A stretch of DNA of 59,323 nt, the filler included, from Sluysia triapertura (taxonomy: Eukaryota): the NCBI GenBank assembly GCA_046118255.1. It is 5 parts of 5 records of this genome, joined end to end, with 100 filler letters (N's around TTAATTAATTAA, not from the genome) between each part and the next. Parts side by side here need not be neighbours in the genome. Positions count along the whole stretch, not along the records: positions 47,533 to 59,323 come from JBJNIA010170368.1; 4 more parts are not named here. One strand, 5' to 3'. The notes beneath the pieces were generated by a model that saw only the letters and a program-made list of their open reading frames with translations, had not been told where the DNA came from and made no database searches. Shown here piece after piece: positions 53,146 through 59,323 of the stretch. A program made the translations under genes and the position numbers. The stretch's first letter is position 1; every line of letters starts with the position of its first letter.

Positions 53146-54050
53146 CGTGGTAGCTCTGGGACGATTCTTAAGTGGTTCCAAACTACGACGTCCATTGGTT
53201 GTAAGTGGCCGCTGAGATACATCAGAACTGTACATACCACAACTCACTGAATCAGTACGGGACAGATTATCTACTGATATTATCGTTCCTTGGTTAGTAC
53301 CAGGCATATTAAGACCTGATGATTTGACCAATGAAAATGCAGCTTTAAACTCATAAACTTGACCCATCAAATCATCGACTTTACTAAATGCATTTTGTTT
53401 CAATCTTCTTCTTTCAGCTGCTTTTTAATTAGTTTACTTCCCTAGTGGATTTGTCGGTAACGGTTTTGTGTGTTTTAATATTGTCTGAAAGAACTTTAGT
53501 CATATTGACAATTCTGCTGTTTTCTGTAATTTCTGACACTAATTGATCAATATGTATTTGTTTCAGCAAAGTTAATTGCTGTTCTGTTGTTGCTTTTCTT
53601 TCAGAAGCATGTTTCTTTTCATTTTCTCTTTCATTTCTTTGTCTAAATTTTTCCGCAAATCATTCAATTCTTTTTCAGTGCCAGTTAAATAATGTTTCAT
53701 ACGTTGTAATTCTTCGACCAATAATTGTACTTTTTGATTTGATTTTATTTGTATAAACGTTACGTTATTTTATATTGATCACGTTCAGAACAAATATCAG
53801 CTAATGCTTTTTGAAAATTACATTTCAAGTATTTATGATTCCAATTAAAGATTGATTTCATAGGACTCATCCTTTGACGAATGTGAATATTTTCTTGTTG
53901 AAGTGATGTCAAATTTTTCGATAGCTTCAAATTACGTTTTGCTTTGTGTGTACTTGGATTGGTTTTGGTATTTTCATGTTTATTAGGTGATTTCAAAACA
54001 CGATCTTTATCATATTCTGCACAAAATTTATTGTTACACAGTGATGGATC
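53146..54050 (-). pseudogene. Frameshifted exon of a long coiled-coil protein (tentatively CCDC162-like C-terminus)
   Basis: Helical segments in shifting frames: QKVQLLVEELQRMK...EKELNDLRKNLDKEMKEK / EKKHASERKATTEQQL...IDQLVSEITEK / ERRRLKQNAFSKVDDLMGQVYEF. Ends at a G|GTAAG donor (53145). The family name is from memory and uncertain. Confidence 0.55.
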
Positions 54051-54271
54051 GAGATCAAATATATTGTATAGTATAAAAAAATTGAAGAAAAACAAAAAAA
54101 TAGAAAAGCGGATTGATAATAAGGATAAAAGAAATAATAGTAATAATAATAACAATAACGTGGTTATTATATTTATTAATACTGAAATGTTGATGTGGAA
54201 ATTTATTATAAAAGTTATTACTTGATAATCATACTATATAACAATAATGACTATAATTATTATATTTATTT

Positions 54272-55303
54272 TAATACGATCTGAATTGTAATAATAATAG
54301 TGTAGTTCATGATAATTAGGTACGATGATCATGTTTGTTTTTTTGAATGAGTTTAGTACTTTGTTTAATAGTGTGTGTACATGTGAGATGTTTTTATGTG
54401 ATGAAATGTGATGAGTTTTGTGTGATTTCCCTAAACTTACCAATCATGTAGCAGGATAAATGTGCATCAGAATCTTGTAGTAGTGCGTCTTCTGGAACAC
54501 AAAGGCTTTCTAGGACTATCTTTGGGAAAGTAGGATGTAAAACATTGATTATAGAGGGAATCGGTTCTGTGTCATTGAGTTTGACACAGAAATTTGCATT
54601 ATCATCTATTTTGATAATAAAGTTGTTGGTGAAGAAACCCTTAGTAATATAGAGGGGATGTTTCATCACTGCTTCACTATTAGGCACCAATTTCATCCGA
54701 AGATTATTGTGTTTGAATTGTTTCTCTTTCCATTCATTTTGTTAGATTAAGACTTGGTGGTTACTATTGTCCCGATATGGTAATTGAGGTTCAGGTCGGT
54801 TACATCTTACACTTTTAGGAGACTGGTTGTATGTAGCTTGGTAGGTGGGACAGTTTACTGAGAAACGAGGGTGGCTAGTTTCATAGATTTTGTAACCTAT
54901 TTTCCATCCAAGTGTTATATAATGGGTTTGATAAATCTTTTTTCCTTTGCACTGGTTTCAAAATCCAGATTGAATTGCCTGAGGGTCAAATTTAGAAGTG
55001 AGAGCCTTACAGTCATACGAATTGGTCTGTCACTGAAATAGCAATGGTGCATGTCATATTCCTAAGATTTAGTTGGGTACAAATAGCTATTGTATTCTAA
55101 TGATTGTGCTGTCGCAGAAAGTCTAGAATATAGGAGCAATCGTCATTATTATCAATATCAAGAAGAGATGTGTGGGCCCTAATGCTTATAATTACACAGT
55201 AAGTGGGGCAGCATGGATATATTCTAGGATTTATGAAAGGATTTAAATAAGACATGCTTGTTTCTAAATATAAACATAAAAATAATGTCGTATCATAAAT
55301 CAT
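54272..55303 (-). pseudogene. Decayed secreted Cys-rich ORF, candidate viral class III fusion glycoprotein (env-like)
   Basis: The signal-like start (ORF 55097-55303) joins by a 1-nt frameshift to one long frame (FCDSTIIRIQ*LFVPN*ILGI*H...YDCKAL...GF*NQC...VNCP...LI*QNEW...). That frame runs into ORF 54394-54696. No introns are evident, and a partial second copy is at 24620-24783. Confidence 0.45.
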
Positions 55304-57699
55304 TTAAAGAGGCACAAAATAGTTGCGAAGTAATATTTTCGTGGGTGATGATTGTGTGGATTTAATTTTATTATTTAAGAAATTAAAATTATAGTTATCT
55401 CTTTTGTTACTCATATTATTACTAGGAGTTTTATTTATATAAAGACTAAAGTTATGATAATATTGGTGCTTAAGGCACTCGAAAATTTCTTTATGAAGAA
55501 AAACTTTTAAATAAAAGTAACTTTAAATAAAAGTAACATGAAAAATTTTTATTATACACATAGAAAACGGAGTTCACAAAAATTGGTGACACATTTAAAA
55601 AATTAACAACCACAATGATATAAGACTTACATTCGTTATAAATCATGAGTTTATCGAATACCAGTTCACTGCGTGCACTCTTTGCAAATTTTTGAACAAT
55701 ATAAGTTATACAATATGGCTTAGATATGATGAAAAATCATACTGAAGGCAAAAAATAAGGTAATTATAATGATTTTAAAATTATTTAAAACCTTATACCG
55801 GCCTCGTATGTTTACGTTGTAATTATTAATTTTGTCCATCCTTTTAACTTTAAAATCATTTAAAATGTTAAACTCGTGATTAAAATTTACAGCTATATGA
55901 TGAAATATAAAAATAAAAGGATTATTGTATTGGGGATGAACAATAAAGTGGTTAAAACAAATCTCGGTATCGTTTAGTCATTTGTGAGGGTATTTACTTG
56001 ATATACAAGTGCCTCCTCGACTTCATAATATCATAATTATTTAAAAAGTTTATTTAGGCGACCGGGTTGTGGGAGTACATCATGTAAGTAAGATTCTTAT
56101 AACAGCGATGCATCGTCTAAGTAATGTCAACGAGCAAAACAAACATCCCAGAATTTAAATCAAATGTTGAATCAAAATTTAATTAAAACTTGGAAAGCAA
56201 AGTTGAATGAAAAATAACACTGTAAACTTGTAGCTCTACTGACTCACCATCGATACCAAGTAAATAATGTTCCTGTTTCACTTGGTTACTATTTAGCAAA
56301 TTAATTACAAAACTTAAATAAACATTTCTATGCAATCGATAAACTCCACAAACTATGTAGTCTGAAGTTCTCTTTAGAAAAGAAACATTATTACTTAGTA
56401 TGTGATGCAAGATTAATTTCAAATTTACATTGTAAACAATTATCTCAAAAAAGTTATCATAGCTAGTCGATTTCAAACTCGACATAGAATAATATGAAAT
56501 CGCGTTTTGATTCCGCTGTAAACTTTTTATTCGATACGTAAATTTCAAGATCGAATTATGTAACTTCTCTAAACCAATACTTACATCTTCTTTATCGTAT
56601 GGAATCAAATCTTCTGATTCACATCGGTGAGTTACATTTATCATTGTTAACAAAAACGATTTTAAGTGCAACGTTTCTTTTTAAAACATAAATCAAATTT
56701 ACGTATTCATTTAAATGATGATAATTACCATAAGAACGCTTAGAAATATAAAAATATTTAATTCGAAAACGTTCTACACATATGTGCAAAATCGAGACAG
56801 TCATTATAAAAAATTGAGCTTCTAAAAACCGTTCGAAAGATAACTCCACATGTAAGGATTCCTGCCTTCTCTATAAACACAACTGTTAATAATTCGTTCA
56901 TATCGAATAATTCGTATCGAATTGTTAGGGATTCCTTGGTAATCTACATATATGGGTTCATGTCTGTGCAATAAATATTAGACCTATTGCTAATAATCCA
57001 TTTATATGAGATAACTTACTAATTACTAAGGGTTCAATAACAACCTTTGACCAGTTCTATCAATTTTTACATCATTTATAACTTATTTATTGATCAAAAT
57101 GGCCGCCATCAACAATGTTCTGACAATTTTAAGTCTAAGACGATAACACCGTAAATCAATGACATCGTGCATAGTAGATGTTTGATCCTTGAACCGCATC
57201 CGCAGCAGCTAGCAGCTCCACATAGTAAAATTGATTTGAAATGATTGATTTCAATTCTATTCATGTTACCACGAAAATGCAGGTAATTTAGTCATTAAAA
57301 TTATTACGGGTTACATAATAAAAAATCGAATAATTTTAAGAAATAAAATTTAAAATAATCAAAAACATAAAGACTTATAACACAAAAAATGTACAGATGT
57401 TTTATTAAAAGTGAAACTATACACTAAACTATAACCTGGTAAAGTGCGTACCAGCTCACTTCATGTGAACTTGCAAAAAATACTCACATAGTAGTCAATT
57501 TTAACACTGCACCCAAACAACACAACACCATGCCGCTATAATACTAAAAGTCATGACTTAATTTATCAGTGACTATCGTCCATTTTTCGCATTTCAAACT
57601 ATCATATATAAAAACAAAAAATAAACAAAATTTCGTGATACACAGATCTAAATTAATTATAAATTTTCGAGTAGTGATAAGGTAGTAAATAATCTGAAA

Positions 57700-57987
57700 T
57701 TATATCTGGATGCAACCCGATGCCAGATTAATAATTACTGAGAACTTTATATCATCCTTGGCTGCTACGCATATAATATATTTCAAATAATATAATATAA
57801 TATATTTCGTATGCCAGCATAAATTTAATTCTCTCCTTGACACGTAGCATGTTGCATTTCAAATGTCTTGCACGTGACTCGTCATGACCACGTGGTAGGC
57901 GATCAGGTCACCAAATGATGGTACTGCTGCTTGTCTTGAATCCATCATGTCCAACTTAATCATCACTTTGAAATCTTGCCTCTGCAT
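57700..57987 (-). mobile_element. Possible mariner transposase N-terminal relic
   Basis: MQRQDFKVMIKLD...SFGD resembles the mariner HTH start (RxxFRxMI...FGD). The rest is heavily decayed. Confidence 0.3.
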
Positions 57988-59254
57988 CGTTATGAAATTC
58001 AGTTCCGGTAACATTTTAAAGTTTTCTAAACTATATTTTTAGCATCAAGGTCGAATCTTTGTCCACTATTATTAGTTTAAACAAATTGTTTCTTTTTCTT
58101 TATTTACTTTAATTCATTAATAAAAAATAAAATTATTGCATAAATAAATATACAATTTGACATAATATATAAATTTCACATAATAAAAGTTGATAAATTA
58201 TGATGATGGAGATTGTCTTTATTGTCAAACTTGGATTGTTATTAACTTAAAATTTAATTTTATTAGATGATTTTGACTTTAGTGATAATAATCTTGTAAC
58301 TAGAGCTAAAATGTGATGGTGGAAGTACGGGATGGTGTAAATGAAACATGTTGTAATGTATTATTTTTTTGTGGTAAAGTTTTCGTGTGCATGATTGTTG
58401 TTTTAAATGTAATATGATCGCAGTGATAGGCTGAACCACTAAAAACATGTGTTTAAATGAATTATTTTTCATAAAACGATCGTCGCTATAAATTTTGCTT
58501 TCAATCAATTTTTCAATGGCGAATTTTGATTTTTTCAAAACTGTAGAAACAATGTTGTACAATTTTATATTAAAATTATTTTATATTACAATTTTATATT
58601 AACTTAACAATCCAAGCCAAATACGAAATGCATAGCCTTCGATATTTCATTCATTCATAAGTCGAATACTTAATTAACACATTCATATAATTTAATTTAA
58701 AATAAGTTTATTTCACAAAATTAAATTATAATTTAAACATCTATATTTTATTACATTAGTATACAGTGCAACTTGTTATAAATATATAATACGAAGGTTA
58801 ATCTAAGCAAAACGTCTAAGAAGAGTCACTAATTAAGTGAAGTGAGTTAAAATATCACTCTGTACCATACCCAATCTGTAGAACGTTGAAATAGAGTTTG
58901 TGATAACCGAGATCCAACATAACGGTTGAGAATACACAATTTTAAATTATTACTGAAGTAAATTGATTTACATCGACCTAGATTCAAGCATCTAAATTGA
59001 AATAAACTCTAATTAAATAAAACAATAAACATTAATAATACTGTCCTTATCTTATAATTTATTGAAAATCATTTCATTTAAGTTACTTCTATGAGTTATT
59101 TGAAAGGAAATAATAGAAGTATCAAAATATATTTAATTTGTTGAATCGTTTTAAACTCTAAAATTAATTTAATCCAGATATCGATGAAATTAATTTCCTA
59201 ATTAATTTAAATTTAAAATCTAAAACAAACTATTACTATCAACCCCTTTAATAA

Positions 59255-59323
<69 letters not shown>
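59255..59323. repeat. (AAT)n followed by inverted (ATT)n
   Basis: An AAT run, a single C, then an ATT run to the window end. Confidence 0.93.

Noticed and set aside
54700-55110. Alternative genetic code (TGA = Trp) or readthrough explaining in-frame stops
   Set aside because: TAA, TAG and frameshifts occur in the same relics, and the host exons are open in the standard code, so decay is the simpler explanation.
56005-56030. HDV-ribozyme-like GCCTCCTCG
   Set aside because: No supporting P1, P2 or P4 pairing was found nearby.
1-59323. CRISPR array, operon or prokaryotic defence system
   Set aside because: No repeat-spacer array or bacterial gene organisation. The sequence is intron-containing animal DNA.

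Overview
Very AT-rich eukaryotic (animal) genomic DNA with GT-AG introns, AAT microsatellites and many decayed transposons. It is not one continuous locus. Four identical 100-bp artificial spacers (44 N + TTAATTAATTAA + 44 N) join five unrelated pieces of about 11-12 kb, and there is one ordinary N gap. Recognisable host genes, all partial, are: the first two exons of an UNC5-type netrin receptor; four in-phase exons of a divergent GT13 (POMGnT1/MGAT1-like) glycosyltransferase that the ORF track largely misses; the PH, coiled-coil and FFAT exons of an OSBP-family gene; and the ectodomain exon of a class B (calcitonin-receptor-like) GPCR. Pseudogenes include GAPDH (two internal deletions and a tandem duplication), a collagen-like Gly-X-Y relic, a coiled-coil gene fragment and a possible divergent ionotropic glutamate receptor. 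Mobile DNA includes Tc1, pogo/Tigger, piggyBac, hAT, mariner-like and NeSL/R2-clade relics. The most interesting signals are a decayed Maverick/Polinton-type protein-primed DNA polymerase B and a decayed, signal-peptide-bearing, Cys-rich ORF that resembles a class III viral fusion glycoprotein. A second partial copy of that ORF lies about 1.6 kb from the polymerase relic. The gene content suggests a bilaterian invertebrate, possibly a lophotrochozoan or flatworm (inference only). All family assignments come from manual translation and motif recognition; no searches were run.
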